64,000 bases of DNA from Longimicrobiales bacterium. GTDB taxonomy: Bacteria; Gemmatimonadota; Gemmatimonadetes; Longimicrobiales; Gaopeijiaceae. The notes under the pieces were generated by a model, which saw nothing but the letters and a program-made list of their open reading frames with translations, was not told the origin of the DNA and made no database searches. Below, piece by piece: positions 30,341-40,568 of the stretch (its first letter is position 1; every line of letters starts with the position of its first letter). A program made the translations under genes and the position numbers. The DNA lies in assembly GCA_965219445.1 (NCBI GenBank), contig CBDCNQ010000003.1, positions 320,001 to 384,000 of the forward strand, written 5' to 3'.

Positions 30341-31009
30341 TCACACCGCGACAGCCAGAGAGTTGATGTCAGCGTTCTCGAGGACGGGCTTCGTGTGTCC
30401 CCGCGCCGCCACTTCGATCATGGCCCTGCCGATATTGACAGTGGTCGTCACGTGCGTCGGCAGCAGCCGTTCAAGCAACGGGTAGAATGGCCTGAGCACC
30501 GTGTGGAGCGCCCGGTACACGTGCGTCGTGTGGCGCACACCTCGCAGCGGCTGGATGTACCCTGGCCGAAACATGAAGGCATCAAACGGCATCCGTAGCA
30601 GCTGATTCTCCGTCTTGCCTTTGACCCGTGCCCACATGAGGCGGCCCCGTTCCGTGCTGTCTGTCCCTTCCCCGGAGACATAACAAAAAGTAAGCGCAGG
30701 ATTCAGGTCGAGGAGAGACTCAGCGGCCGCGACGGTCAGGTCGTAGGTCACGCTGTGGTAGGCCGCCTCGCTCATGCCCAGGGCGGAGGCTCCGAGACAG
30801 AAGAAGCACGCGTCGATGTTCTGAAAGTGGTCGGTGGCATCCCCGTAGTCGAACAGGTCAGAACGGATGACCTCGCGGAACTTCGGGTGCGTGACAGCGC
30901 CTGGTCTCCGACCCACCGAGAGCACCGACTCGACTCTGGGATCGTCCAGACACTCGATCAGGACCCCAGCCCCGACCATTCCGGTGGCGCCGAATAGGAC
31001 GACGTTCAC
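30341..31009 (-). CDS. NAD(P)H-binding epimerase/atypical SDR
   Basis: LFGATGMVG; CFFCLG; WARVKGKTEN; FRPGYI. Confidence 0.85.
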   Translation of the reverse strand: MNVVLFGATGMVGAGVLIECLDDPRVESVLSVGRRPGAVTHPKFREVIRSDLFDYGDATDHFQNIDACFFCLGASALGMSEAAYHSVTYDLTVAAAESLLDLNPALTFCYVSGEGTDSTERGRLMWARVKGKTENQLLRMPFDAFMFRPGYIQPLRGVRHTTHVYRALHTVLRPFYPLLERLLPTHVTTTVNIGRAMIEVAARGHTKPVLENADINSLAVAV

Positions 31010-31200
31010 TGTGTTCTTGATTGGGCGTGGCCAGGGTCAGCTCGGTCATCCGCAAGAACGGTCTCGGCGTCGATCGTGATACACACGGGGTCTCCAACGA
31101 CGACACCCCCCCTGTCAATCTTGTCGTTCCCCGCGGTATTGATCACTACGTCTACTGACGACAGCCGCGGGTTTGCCGGATCGAACGTCCACTTTGGCAT
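31006..31200 (-). pseudogene. Internally deleted YceI-family gene
   Basis: MPKWT|FDPANPRLSSVDVVI|…GGVVVGDPVCITIDAE resemble N-terminal, central and C-terminal YceI pieces fused in 64 aa. Confidence 0.55.
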
Positions 31201-31339
31201 TGCAGTGTCTCCTGTCCGACATCTCCGAGGGCGGTCTGTTCCGTCGAAGCGCCGTTGATGACGGAGTGGGTTGACTGGCCTTCGTCAGCGGCCGGAGTCA
31301 GCGAACGTCACCCTACTCGCCTTGCCTACCGCGTCGCGA

Positions 31340-32206
31340 TCAAGCGAGCGCTGCCGGTATCCGTGTCGCCCACTCCGCGAACCGGGTCCAGCCTACTTCA
31401 GGATAGGACGAGCGGAGTCGGTCGATGTCTGCCTCGTATCCGACGCTGACGAACCACTCGTACATGAGGGCGAGGTCTTCGCTGAAGGACCGAATCCCAT
31501 CGATCGGCACCTCGACCACGGAGATCGGCCTGCCCAGGATGCCGGCCAGCACGTCTGCCGACTCCCGCGAAGAGAGCTCGTCGCCCGCTATGTCGATCCT
31601 CTTCCCGGCAAACTCCTCTGGGTTGGCCAGAACATGAGCGGCAAACGCACCGATGTCCTCGGTGGCGATCTGCTGTAACCGGAGGTCCGCCGGGAGCGCG
31701 ATCGCGTATGTGCCGTCCTTGAGGACGTTGAGCATGTCGGGGAAAAACAGGTTGTCCATGAAGTATACCGGAGCGATGACGGACCAGCGGAGATCGCTCG
31801 CCGCGAGATGTTTCTCGACCCCGTACTTGCTGTCAAAATGAGGGACTCCGGTAGCTTTGTCGGCCGAGGCGACTGAGCTGTATACGAAGTGGTCCACCCC
31901 TGCGGCGGCGGCCGCGTCGACGAGCGCCACACCCTGGGCCGTCTCGGCATCGACGCCCGCCTCGAACGGCGTGGTCATCGCAAAGACCGCATCCACACCC
32001 TCCAGCGCCGCGTTGAGGGACCCCGCGTCGGTGAACTCCGCACGCACCATCTCAGCACCCAGCCCGGTGAGTTGCTTAGCGGCATCGGATTCAATGTCAC
32101 GCGTGATTCCCCGGACGCGGAATCCGCGCTCGAGGAGTAGGCGTGCAACCGATCCCCCTTGCTGCCCTGTGGCCCCGGTCACCAGCACCAATCGGCTGTC
32201 GGACAT
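31340..32206 (-). CDS. NmrA/HSCARG family protein
   Basis: VTGATGQQGGSVA; VPHFDSK; PVYFMDN. Confidence 0.9.
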   Translation of the reverse strand: MSDSRLVLVTGATGQQGGSVARLLLERGFRVRGITRDIESDAAKQLTGLGAEMVRAEFTDAGSLNAALEGVDAVFAMTTPFEAGVDAETAQGVALVDAAAAAGVDHFVYSSVASADKATGVPHFDSKYGVEKHLAASDLRWSVIAPVYFMDNLFFPDMLNVLKDGTYAIALPADLRLQQIATEDIGAFAAHVLANPEEFAGKRIDIAGDELSSRESADVLAGILGRPISVVEVPIDGIRSFSEDLALMYEWFVSVGYEADIDRLRSSYPEVGWTRFAEWATRIPAALA

Positions 32207-32279
32207 GATCGATACCTCCATTTAGTAGGCTCGAAGGCCGTGAGTGACCTCACTTGACCCGAGCCGAAAATAATACGAC

Positions 32280-32296
32280 TATTCATTTATTGAATA
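32280..32296. promoter_or_regulatory. Candidate MarR operator between divergent nmrA-like and marR genes
   Basis: AT-rich inverted repeat TATTCA-N5-TGAATA. Confidence 0.5.
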
Positions 32297-32352
32297 CACA
32301 TTCATTGTGTGATCGACGATTGTCAAGTGGTCCGAACGAAACTGGTGAAGCC

Positions 32353-32829
32353 ATGAAGCTTTCCGATGAGATCAAACAGGCGGAGTTCCCGGACGCGCAC
32401 ACGGAAGCCGTGCTGAACCTGCACTTCACCAGCCACTGGCTGTATCGGGTCTTTCAAGAGCAGCTCAAGGAATTCGATATCTCGAATGAGCAGTACAACA
32501 TCCTGAGGATCCTTCGCGGCAATCGCGGGAGCACGTACAACCTGTGCGAAGTGCAAGAACGGATGCTGAACCGAACCGCGAACGCGACCCGCCTCGTGGA
32601 GAAGCTCCGCAAGCGGGGGTTGGTGAGCCGCCAGCCGAACGAGGAGGACCGGCGACGCGTAGATATCGCCATCACTCAGGAGGGGCTCAGCCTGCTCGCT
32701 GAGATGGACCAGCCGACTGAGGAGATGAACCGACGGACGGCAAAGGCCCTCACGAACGAAGAGGCGCGGACCCTGACTCAGCTCCTCGAGCGTCTGAGGG
32801 AGCGACTCGACATTGCCAAACTGAGGTGA
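32353..32829 (+). CDS. MarR family transcriptional regulator
   Basis: QYNILRILRG; NATRLVEKL…GLVSR…DRR…IT. Confidence 0.9.
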   Translation: MKLSDEIKQAEFPDAHTEAVLNLHFTSHWLYRVFQEQLKEFDISNEQYNILRILRGNRGSTYNLCEVQERMLNRTANATRLVEKLRKRGLVSRQPNEEDRRRVDIAITQEGLSLLAEMDQPTEEMNRRTAKALTNEEARTLTQLLERLRERLDIAKLR

Positions 32830-32924
32830 CGCCAAGCGTCGAAATCGTGCGACGTCAGATCCTCACACCATAGACTAAAACCAAGCGCCCAGCATGAGCA
32901 CTGCGAACCCGAATCCAGTTGGGG

Positions 32925-32945
32925 TTAGAGGGTCGGTTGTTCTCT
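32925..32945 (+). repeat. 21-bp inverted repeat, left copy
   Basis: TTAGAGGGTCGGTTGTTCTCT is the exact reverse complement of 36026-36046. Confidence 0.85.
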
Positions 32946-32975
32946 CAAGTTCTCCCAGGATTCGACCAGTTTCGG

Positions 32976-33004
32976 GGAGTTTGGGGTCCCGGTTGGGGTC
33001 CCAT
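32976..33004 (+). repeat. Degenerate copy of the att-arm-like double box
   Basis: TTGGGGTCCCGG-TTGGGGTCCCA, similar to the TTGGGGTACCA pairs at 39.9-45.3 kb. Confidence 0.55.
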
Positions 33005-33109
33005 GGGTCATGCGACACCGGTTGTCCAGTGCTCAGCGAGGCGGGTCATGCGACGAGAAGCTCGCGTGCAGGACCCTTGGGCACGATGACCCTTCTCGGG
33101 ATGGGTGAC

Positions 33110-34345
33110 TCAGCCCTCCAGGTCGTCCTCTCGACGATAGCGATCTTCCATTTGGAAAAGCACCCGGCGTATCGCGTCGAGTTCAGAAGTGCTCAGATCG
33201 GCCAGCCCGCGCTCGTTAAGCAGGGCCCGCACGCGCGAAGCTTCGGTCTCGGTTCCGGGAAACTGGCACCCGTACCGGTCCAGCCAGTCTATCAGCGTGG
33301 CCCGGTCGTCGGTCGGCGCTTCACGATACTCGGCCTTCAGGTATTGCAGAATGCGGAGTCCGTCGAGCCGCTCGTGGCAGGCGCGGACGAATCGATCCAG
33401 TGTCGTGTGGTTATCGCGCAGCGGTTGCCATGGAGCGTCGGTACTGATCTTGTTCCGCAGGAATTCGTCAAGCGGCGTTTCGACCGGTCCGGCGAACAGT
33501 TCGGGGAAGGCCCTGGTGGTGCGGCTGATCCGGTCGAAGAGTTCCGGAGCATAGAGTGGATAGCGGTCGGAGTATTCGCCTTCGCAGGCGGCGACGATGG
33601 CTTGACCGGTCCCGACGGGAACGCGCCAGGACTTGCGGGTCGCGGGGGTAACCGGGGCGGCGGTCCAATGGAGTACCCGTCCATGTTTGGTCAGTTTCTG
33701 CAGGAAGTAGAAATCCTCACCGCTGGTTCGAGGCGTCAGCCCGCCCACTCTTCGGTAGACGGAAACAGGCACGGCAATTGCCGAGCCGAGCGCAGTGAAG
33801 GAGTAGGGAGACCCGATTCGCCAGAGGTTGAGCGCATAGAAGCGCATGTAGATTTCGTAACCCAGCATCGCGCGGGTGACGGCTCCGTCGTCGGTGAGTG
33901 GATGGTAGTAACGCGCGGCGATGGCACAGGCGGCCGGATGCCGGTTGAAGGAGACGATAAGGGATCGCAGATAACCCGGGGGCGTCAGCGTGTCAGCATC
34001 GAGGCTTACGATGATATCCCGGGGGGCGGCCTCCGCACAGATCGCATCCATCAACTCCTTTCGCGCGTGCCCAACACCGCTCCGCTTCGGTGGCCAGCCC
34101 CGGCCCGGTGAGGAGCGATCGATAATGCGGAGGTCGAGGTCCGTGACGTCGGCAAGCAGATGGAGACAGGCCTGGTTGGCTTCGCACACGGGGCGTCGAT
34201 CCGGCTCGTGTTGCCACGCTTCCGGTTGGTTTACGCATAACCACGTGACAAATCGCACGCCCTCCTGTCGCCGAAGCGCGTCGAGGCAGGCGGGAAGGCA
34301 TTCGAGCTCGTCCTGAACCGGAATGGCGATGTGGACAGTGGCCAC
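33110..34345 (-). CDS. Glycosyltransferase family 2; start uncertain
   Basis: HIAIPVQDE; SLDADT DxD motif; GEDFYF. Confidence 0.8.
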   Translation of the reverse strand: MATVHIAIPVQDELECLPACLDALRRQEGVRFVTWLCVNQPEAWQHEPDRRPVCEANQACLHLLADVTDLDLRIIDRSSPGRGWPPKRSGVGHARKELMDAICAEAAPRDIIVSLDADTLTPPGYLRSLIVSFNRHPAACAIAARYYHPLTDDGAVTRAMLGYEIYMRFYALNLWRIGSPYSFTALGSAIAVPVSVYRRVGGLTPRTSGEDFYFLQKLTKHGRVLHWTAAPVTPATRKSWRVPVGTGQAIVAACEGEYSDRYPLYAPELFDRISRTTRAFPELFAGPVETPLDEFLRNKISTDAPWQPLRDNHTTLDRFVRACHERLDGLRILQYLKAEYREAPTDDRATLIDWLDRYGCQFPGTETEASRVRALLNERGLADLSTSELDAIRRVLFQMEDRYRREDDLEG

Positions 34346-34895
34346 AGCTGAACCTCGGCTGACAACTTTTGTCCCCTGGGGGCCCGGCGGCGGGCCGACC
34401 TTCGGGTGCATGTGGTGTCTTCTTGCGTGCGTTTCTCGCGGCAAACTACAACATCGGTGTGGCGAGGGTCAGGCACCGACGCCCCGGTGCGTGCCGGGGC
34501 ACTCTGAAATCGGGTTTACGGAAGGCCAATCGCGCACGATGAAAACCTATGAGGAGGTGCTGGAGAAACTCAGGGGGCTTTCCCCGGCTCGACGGCGTCC
34601 TGTTCCAATCTTCGATCGACCGATCAAGCGGCTTCTCGGTAGTAGTGACTGATGGCCAGTCCTGAGGCGGTGTGGGTGGCCCACAACCGGATCAGAGAGA
34701 CTATGTTGCGCGTATGAGCGACCTCATCATCCGCCCGGACGCAGCCCTCGAAGGCCGCCCAGCGATTGAGCGCCAGAGGAATCGTTGGGTCGCCGGATGG
34801 CACTTCGGTGACACGACCTACGGGAGGGTTTCCCGACCGGTAACCTCCCAGATCCGCCACGCGCATTGATGCGCCTTCCACAAGAGACCACCGCC

Positions 34896-35819
34896 ATGAG
34901 AACCGACACAGCCATCGTCACCATGTTCGTAGCGAGCCTCGCCGCGTGCTCGCCGACAACAGAAGAAGCCGCTCCCGATGAAACTGCCGAAGCGGCGGCG
35001 GCAGCCATCGCCGCTTTTGGCGCGGGCGAAAACGTGTCCCCCTTCGCTATCGGCTCGCTGCAGGCCGCGTCACTGAGAGACGCCGCGTTCGCACCAGCCA
35101 ACGACAACATGACGCTAGCCATTAACGTGACGAAGGCCGATGTGGACGCCCTGCTGACGGCGGCGGGCCTCGCGACCGATGTCCTCCAACTCAGTGTCCA
35201 GCCACTGATCGTCCGCACACCCGACCGCGTGCTGCTGTTCGACACCGGCAACGGCCCGTCCGGAATGCTATCCGCATCGATGGCAACCGCCGGCGTCGAG
35301 CCAGCCGAAGTGACGGACATCTTCATCAGCCACAGCCATGGCGACCACGTCGGCGGGCTTGTGGACGCGGACGGCGCGCTGGCATTCCCCAACGCCGACA
35401 TCCACATCTCGGTCAATGAGTGGGCAGCAATGCAGGCGAACGCACAACTCGCCTCACTAGTGACGGCGATCAATCCAAGGGTTGTGGCGTTTGAGCCCGG
35501 CGCGGATCGTGTGCCGGGCACCGTCAAGGCCGTGGACATCCAGGGGCACACGCCTGGCCACTCTGGCTTCCTCATCACCTCGGGCGAGGCCTCACTACTC
35601 TATATCGGCGACACGATGCACCATTCGGTGATTTCGGTGCAGCGACCCGACTGGACCATCGCCTTCGATGGCGACGCTCCGTTGGCGCAGGAAAGCCGGA
35701 AAGCGGTGCTTGCCTCCGCCGCCGGCTCCGGTCAGCGCGTCTACTCGGTGCACTTCCCTTTCCCGGGTCTTGGCAAGTTCGAGAACCGTGGTCGCACGTT
35801 CGTATGGGTTGCTGAGTGA
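34896..35819 (+). CDS. MBL-fold metallo-hydrolase lipoprotein (methyl-parathion-hydrolase-like subgroup)
   Basis: LAAC lipobox; FDTG; HSHGDH; GHTPGH; GDTMH; HFPFPGLG. Confidence 0.85.
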   Translation: MRTDTAIVTMFVASLAACSPTTEEAAPDETAEAAAAAIAAFGAGENVSPFAIGSLQAASLRDAAFAPANDNMTLAINVTKADVDALLTAAGLATDVLQLSVQPLIVRTPDRVLLFDTGNGPSGMLSASMATAGVEPAEVTDIFISHSHGDHVGGLVDADGALAFPNADIHISVNEWAAMQANAQLASLVTAINPRVVAFEPGADRVPGTVKAVDIQGHTPGHSGFLITSGEASLLYIGDTMHHSVISVQRPDWTIAFDGDAPLAQESRKAVLASAAGSGQRVYSVHFPFPGLGKFENRGRTFVWVAE

Positions 35820-36025
35820 CCGCCCGGCTTTCGCCGTTCTGGCGCGCCCGGTACGTCTTGGTGCCCTCCGAGTTAAGTCTGTTCCGTTTGTATTGGCGGG
35901 TATCGTCGCTGGCGTGCTTCTGACTCCACTCCTTCCGGGCCCAGCGTGGATCGCGGCTATGCTAGGAGCCGGTACGGCGCTGGGACTCTCTCCGTCGCCA
36001 AGGGTGCCGCGCGGCAGGAATTGCC

Positions 36026-36046
36026 AGAGAACAACCGACCCTCTAA
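36026..36046 (-). repeat. 21-bp inverted repeat, right copy
   Basis: AGAGAACAACCGACCCTCTAA on the plus strand. Confidence 0.85.
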
Positions 36047-36080
36047 TGGGGGGTTCCAAGAACAGGTTTTCGCCACCATA

Positions 36081-36115
36081 GGACTCGAACGACCCACCTC
36101 ACGCTTATGAGGCGC
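36081..36115 (-). other. Degenerate tRNA(CAT) 3'-half fragment, possible att scar
   Basis: GCGCCTCATAAGCGTGAGGT…GTTCGAGTCC resembles an anticodon arm plus T loop; no D arm or acceptor stem. Confidence 0.4.
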
Positions 36116-36288
36116 CTCAGTAGGGGACCGAATCACGGCAGGATGCCGGAAAAACCTAGATGGATCGCGCGATTTGCCGCCTTCGCGATTCTTCGATGCC
36201 GTGATCTGCCGGGTTTAATCGACAGGACAACCGACAGGACCCACTCAAATGGTGTGAGGACATGAGCCTCGAGCGCGAGCGACTGATT

Positions 36289-37506
36289 TCACTCGTATCT
36301 CAACGCCTCGATGGGGTCGAGGGCGGCGGCACGCTGAGCAGGATAGAAGCCGAAGAAGATCCCTACCGCGCCCGCGAATCCCAGAGCGAGCAGAACGGTG
36401 GGTAGGGAAACGACCGTGCTCCAGCCCGTCGCGGTGGCGATAGCTCGACTTCCTGCGTAGCCGATCGCCACTCCGGTCAGGCCCCCTATCAGGCTCATCA
36501 CCACGCTTTCGACCAGGAACTGAACCATCACATCCGAGTCGTGTGCGCCAAGCGCCAGACGGAGACCGATCTCTCGGGTTCGTTCGGTCACGGATACCAG
36601 CATGATGTTCATAATTCCGATGCCGCCAACGAGAAGAGAGATGCTGGCGATAGCTGCAAGTAGCATGGTCATGACCTTGGTCGTGCTCTGTGCGGCCTCG
36701 GCCAGTTCACTCTGGTCGCGAACGGCGAAATCGTCCGGCACGTTTCCTGTCAGACCGTGGGTGTCGCGGAGAATCTGCTGGATCTCGACCTGCGCCGCTG
36801 GGACGTCCTCGGGTGAATACGTACTGGCCAGGATCTGGCTGACGAACTGCCGACCCGCCATGCGATTCTGTACGGTCGTGTAGGGGGCGAGGATCACGTC
36901 ATCCTGATCGAGGCCCTCGGCGGTCTGTCCCTTCGGTTCCAGGACTCCGATCACGGTCACCGGTACGTCTCTCAGCCTGAGTTGCTGATCCACCGCGTCT
37001 CCGTTCGGGAAGAGATTCTCGGCAACCGTGTATCCGAGGACCACTTCCCTCCTGATCGACCGGACGTCGTCCGCGTCGAAGAAGGCACCCTGAATCACGT
37101 CCCAGTCACGAATGATCTGGTAGTCGTAGTCGACCCCCAACATTGGGGTGCGCCAGTTCCCTGTGCCGCCGACCACCTGTGTGAATGTCTGAATGACGGG
37201 CGAGACCGCAGCGAGGAGAAAACCCTGAGCCTGGATGGCTTCCGCGTCTTCCACCGTCAATCGGGCGATGCTTTGGGCGCCCAAGCTCACGCCCCCCTGT
37301 GCCGTCGACTCCGACGTGACGACGAGCATGTTCGTTCCGAGATTCTGGATCTGCCTCTCGATCTGGCCTTGCGCGCCGGCGCCGATCGCAACCATCACGA
37401 TCACCGCTCCGACACCGATGATGATTCCGAGCATCGTCAAAAGTGTCCGCATCTTGTTCTTCATGATGCTGACGCCAGCCACCTTGATGAGGTTTCTGGC
37501 TTTCAT
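36289..37506 (-). CDS. MacB-like ABC transporter permease
   Basis: TMLGIIIGV; GGIGIMNIMLVSVTERTREIG; DPIEALRYE. Confidence 0.95.
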   Translation of the reverse strand: MKARNLIKVAGVSIMKNKMRTLLTMLGIIIGVGAVIVMVAIGAGAQGQIERQIQNLGTNMLVVTSESTAQGGVSLGAQSIARLTVEDAEAIQAQGFLLAAVSPVIQTFTQVVGGTGNWRTPMLGVDYDYQIIRDWDVIQGAFFDADDVRSIRREVVLGYTVAENLFPNGDAVDQQLRLRDVPVTVIGVLEPKGQTAEGLDQDDVILAPYTTVQNRMAGRQFVSQILASTYSPEDVPAAQVEIQQILRDTHGLTGNVPDDFAVRDQSELAEAAQSTTKVMTMLLAAIASISLLVGGIGIMNIMLVSVTERTREIGLRLALGAHDSDVMVQFLVESVVMSLIGGLTGVAIGYAGSRAIATATGWSTVVSLPTVLLALGFAGAVGIFFGFYPAQRAAALDPIEALRYE

Positions 37507-38276
37507 GTCACACCCGCCAGCTCGAGTCCCTGAAGCGCCTCGAGGTCTTCCTGGGCGTCCCTTTCAGACACGGGTTCGTCGCGAATGACGTGTCCGTCGC
37601 GAAGCTCGACGATGCGTCCCGTGTACCGAGAAATCTCCGATTCATGAGTCACGATCAGAAGCGTAACCCCTTGAGAGTTGAGATCCTGAAAGAGGGCCAT
37701 GATCTCCAGCGATGTGACCGAGTCGAGGTTCCCCGTCGGCTCGTCTGCGAGCACCAGCGACGGATTGGTCACCAGGGCCCGGGCGATCGCAACACGCTGC
37801 TGCTCGCCTCCCGAGAGCTCCGAAGGGTCGTGGTCCATCCGGTCCGCGAGCCCAACCCGTTTTAGCGCCTCGGCAGCGAGACGCTTCGTGTCGATATCCC
37901 GTCCAGAACGATCGTAGAGAAGCGGGAGCTCGACGTTCTCTAGTGCGTCTGTGCGCGGAAGAAGGTTGAAGCCCTGGAATACGAATCCGAGCCGCTGGTT
38001 TCGGATGTTGGCCAGCTCATTGTTGCTCAGGGCCTCGACACTCACGCCCTCCACAGCATAGGAGCCTGCCGTGGGGCGGTCCAGGCATCCAAGGATGTTC
38101 ATGAGCGTGGACTTCCCGGACCCTGACGCTCCCATGACGGCGATCATTTCGCCTTGTTCGACCGTCAGGTCCACACCCCGGAGCGCGTGCACCTTCGTGA
38201 GACCCATCGTGAACGTTCTCTCTAGGCCGCGGGCCTCGATCACTTTCGCTGCGCCGTGCATCGTCTCCATCGTCAT
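37503..38276 (-). CDS. MacB/LolD-like ABC transporter ATP-binding protein
   Basis: [32 protein letters not shown]. Confidence 0.95.
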   Translation of the reverse strand: MTMETMHGAAKVIEARGLERTFTMGLTKVHALRGVDLTVEQGEMIAVMGASGSGKSTLMNILGCLDRPTAGSYAVEGVSVEALSNNELANIRNQRLGFVFQGFNLLPRTDALENVELPLLYDRSGRDIDTKRLAAEALKRVGLADRMDHDPSELSGGEQQRVAIARALVTNPSLVLADEPTGNLDSVTSLEIMALFQDLNSQGVTLLIVTHESEISRYTGRIVELRDGHVIRDEPVSERDAQEDLEALQGLELAGVT

Positions 38277-39547
38277 CGTCCCCCGCGCCCGCCACCCGGT
38301 CCCGCTTGAGGTTGCTGTTGGGTTTGGAACGGGTTTTCCACGATCGCGGTCGTCGAGGCGGTCGTCACTGCCGCAATCACCTCAAGTCCTTCGCCAACCT
38401 CGTTCGGTGCGTTCGTGATCACGGTCTGAATGCCATCCGAAAGCCCTGTTCGCACCCGAGCAACAGACAGCTCACCCGTGTCTCTCTGGAACCAGAGGGT
38501 GCCGGCACTCCCCCCGCTCGGTGTCGCGCTCTGGCGACTACCAGTCCGCTGGCGATCGGGAGATCTACCTCCGGTCGCTCGGTCCGGGGCGGGCCCTGAC
38601 GGGTCCCGATCCAGCGTCACCGAGGCCAGCATCTCTTCTGTGGCACGGAATCGCAGCGCGGTGTTAGGAACCATCAATACGTCTTCGGCCGTCTCAATCA
38701 CCACATCGAGGGTCGCGGTCATACCGGGGAGAAGACTTCCATCCTCGTTTCCGACGGCAACCACCACGCTGTATGTGACCACGTTCTCTCGGGTGGTTGC
38801 CTCGAGCCGGACCTGGCGCACTGTACCCTCAAACTGCCGGTCAGGATAAGCCTGTACCGTGAAGTGCACCTTCTGGCCCTCGGCGATCTGGCCGATATCG
38901 CTCTCGTCCACCGAAGCGAGTATCTCCATCTGGGCCAAGTCTTGGGCCAGAACGAACAAAACCGGCGCCGAGAGGCTAGCAGCCACGGTTTGGCCGACCT
39001 CAACGTTGCGCGCCACCACTACTCCAGCGATTGGGGCCCGGATCTCAGTGTATTCCAGGTTCCGTCGCGCGCGCTCCAGGTTGATCTCGGCAGTTCGATA
39101 GCCGGCATCCGCAAGCGCGAACCGGTACTCGGACGCCTCGACATCGTTGACGGCGATAACCCCTTTCCCGTTGAGTTCAACGACACGCTCGAGATCGCGC
39201 CGAGCCTGGTCCAACTCCGCTTGGTTCCGCGCGAGGTTCACCTCGGCCGATCGAACTTCCTGCTCCAGGATCGTCGCATCGATGCGAGCAACGAGTTGTC
39301 CCTGCGGGACGCGGTCGTTGAAGTCCGCGTAGATCTCGGCAATCTGACCCGATACCTGGGTCCCTACCTCCACCGTCTCCGTGGCCTGGAGAGCCCCCGT
39401 GGCTGTCACTGTGGACTCCAAGTCTCCCCGGGTCACCTCGACAAACCGATACGTGGTGCCAGCCGAGCCGGTCCGCACGGTGAGCGCCCAAATCAGACTC
39501 GCTACCAGAATCAATATGCCAGCCGTCCATACTCTTCCGGGCATCAT
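38273..39547 (-). CDS. MacA-like periplasmic adaptor subunit
   Basis: VGTQVSG; IRAPIAG; GQTVAASL; VDESDIG; LLPGMTA. Confidence 0.9.
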   Translation of the reverse strand: MMPGRVWTAGILILVASLIWALTVRTGSAGTTYRFVEVTRGDLESTVTATGALQATETVEVGTQVSGQIAEIYADFNDRVPQGQLVARIDATILEQEVRSAEVNLARNQAELDQARRDLERVVELNGKGVIAVNDVEASEYRFALADAGYRTAEINLERARRNLEYTEIRAPIAGVVVARNVEVGQTVAASLSAPVLFVLAQDLAQMEILASVDESDIGQIAEGQKVHFTVQAYPDRQFEGTVRQVRLEATTRENVVTYSVVVAVGNEDGSLLPGMTATLDVVIETAEDVLMVPNTALRFRATEEMLASVTLDRDPSGPAPDRATGGRSPDRQRTGSRQSATPSGGSAGTLWFQRDTGELSVARVRTGLSDGIQTVITNAPNEVGEGLEVIAAVTTASTTAIVENPFQTQQQPQAGPGGGRGGR

Positions 39548-39690
39548 CCGTTCTCCGTCTCCAATTTGGTGATCCCACGTCTAGTATGGTTTAGATAGCG
39601 CGGAAGCTCCTTGCGTTAAGTCCCCAATGCTGGATTCGGCGACCTCCCTCTCGCTCATGCAGCGTGAGGTCATGCGGTGCTCAAGACCGA

Positions 39691-39840
39691 TTAGCCTCTC
39701 AGCAGCCGGTCCAACCTCGCAGCCGACTCCTCCTGCATGCCCGGGAGGACGTGCGAATAGGTATCCCTCGTCAGCGTGATCGACGCGTGCCCGAGCATCT
39801 CTTGCACCACCTTCGGATGCTCGCCGTTGACGAGCCTTAC
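39691..39840 (-). pseudogene. Tyrosine integrase C-terminal fragment
   Basis: NGEHPKVVQEMLGHASITLTRDTYSHV carries the box II LGH and catalytic Tyr; everything upstream is missing. Confidence 0.85.
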
Positions 39841-39844
39841 CTGG

Positions 39845-39922
39845 AGTTCCCCTCCCATCCACCGAGTTCCCGCCAGGCAACCCGAGTTTTTGGGGTACCA
39901 CTTGGGGTCCCATAGGCCCCTT
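39845..39922 (-). repeat. att-arm-like repeat, copy R1
   Basis: Plus strand GAGTTCCCGCCAGGCAACCCGAGTTTTTGGGGTACCACTTGGGGTCCCATAGGCCCCTT. Confidence 0.9.
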
Positions 39923-40001
39923 CCGGCGGCTGCTCGGCGCGCAGCGCCGAGCCAACTCCCATTGGAGGTTATGAGCCGTTCTTGCGTTGCCCGCAGCCAC
40001 C

Positions 40002-40568
40002 TCAATGGGTGACGAAGTAGTACCACGGTCCTTCGATCCTCTCCACCTGGCCGATGGACCGGCCAAGAAACGGCGATCCATATGGGAGAGGCTGATCCCG
40101 GAAGTATATCGTTCCGTATAGGTGATCGAGCATTCCGCCCTGAACGAAGGCGACGTACCCATCAGTCACCTCTAGCCTCGTGTCGAGAGGCGCCCCGCTG
40201 TCCAGCCGAACCGCGCTATCAGCCCGTTCCATACTGGCCCACGAGCGCCGTACGACTTCCTCCATTGCATTTCTGTTTACTCGCAGGTTGAGCCGCGCAC
40301 CAGCAAGGCCTGATACGCCCACGGAAAAGAGCATCGCCAATAATCCCAGCCCCAGGACGCAGCCGGCCAAGCCAATCTTTTTCCAGGTAGGTCTCACCAT
40401 CGAGAGGACTATTAGTGCCCCACTCGTTACCACGAACGTCAATCCGCCGCAGATCATCAACCAGAATGACCATTCCCTAGCGACGATGGTGAGGAGATTA
40501 CCCAGAAACACGCTCATAGCGCCGATGCCGAGCAGCACCAGGGTAGCAACGTATCCACGCTTGGACAT
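40002..40568 (-). CDS. Hypothetical membrane protein, possibly an integron-type cassette
   Basis: Three TM-like segments; AGAGG RBS; flanked by GTTATGC and TCATAAC. Confidence 0.6.
   Translation of the reverse strand: MSKRGYVATLVLLGIGAMSVFLGNLLTIVAREWSFWLMICGGLTFVVTSGALIVLSMVRPTWKKIGLAGCVLGLGLLAMLFSVGVSGLAGARLNLRVNRNAMEEVVRRSWASMERADSAVRLDSGAPLDTRLEVTDGYVAFVQGGMLDHLYGTIYFRDQPLPYGSPFLGRSIGQVERIEGPWYYFVTH

Noticed and set aside
28335..30344. Long antisense ORFs (669 aa here; also 12679-14139, 5539-6693 and 52288-53584)
   Set aside because: These are shadow frames of high-GC or repetitive genes on the opposite strand, with no recognisable motifs.
34539..34869. Short ORFs between the glycosyltransferase and MBL genes
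   Set aside because: No recognisable family; possibly gene debris but not supportable.
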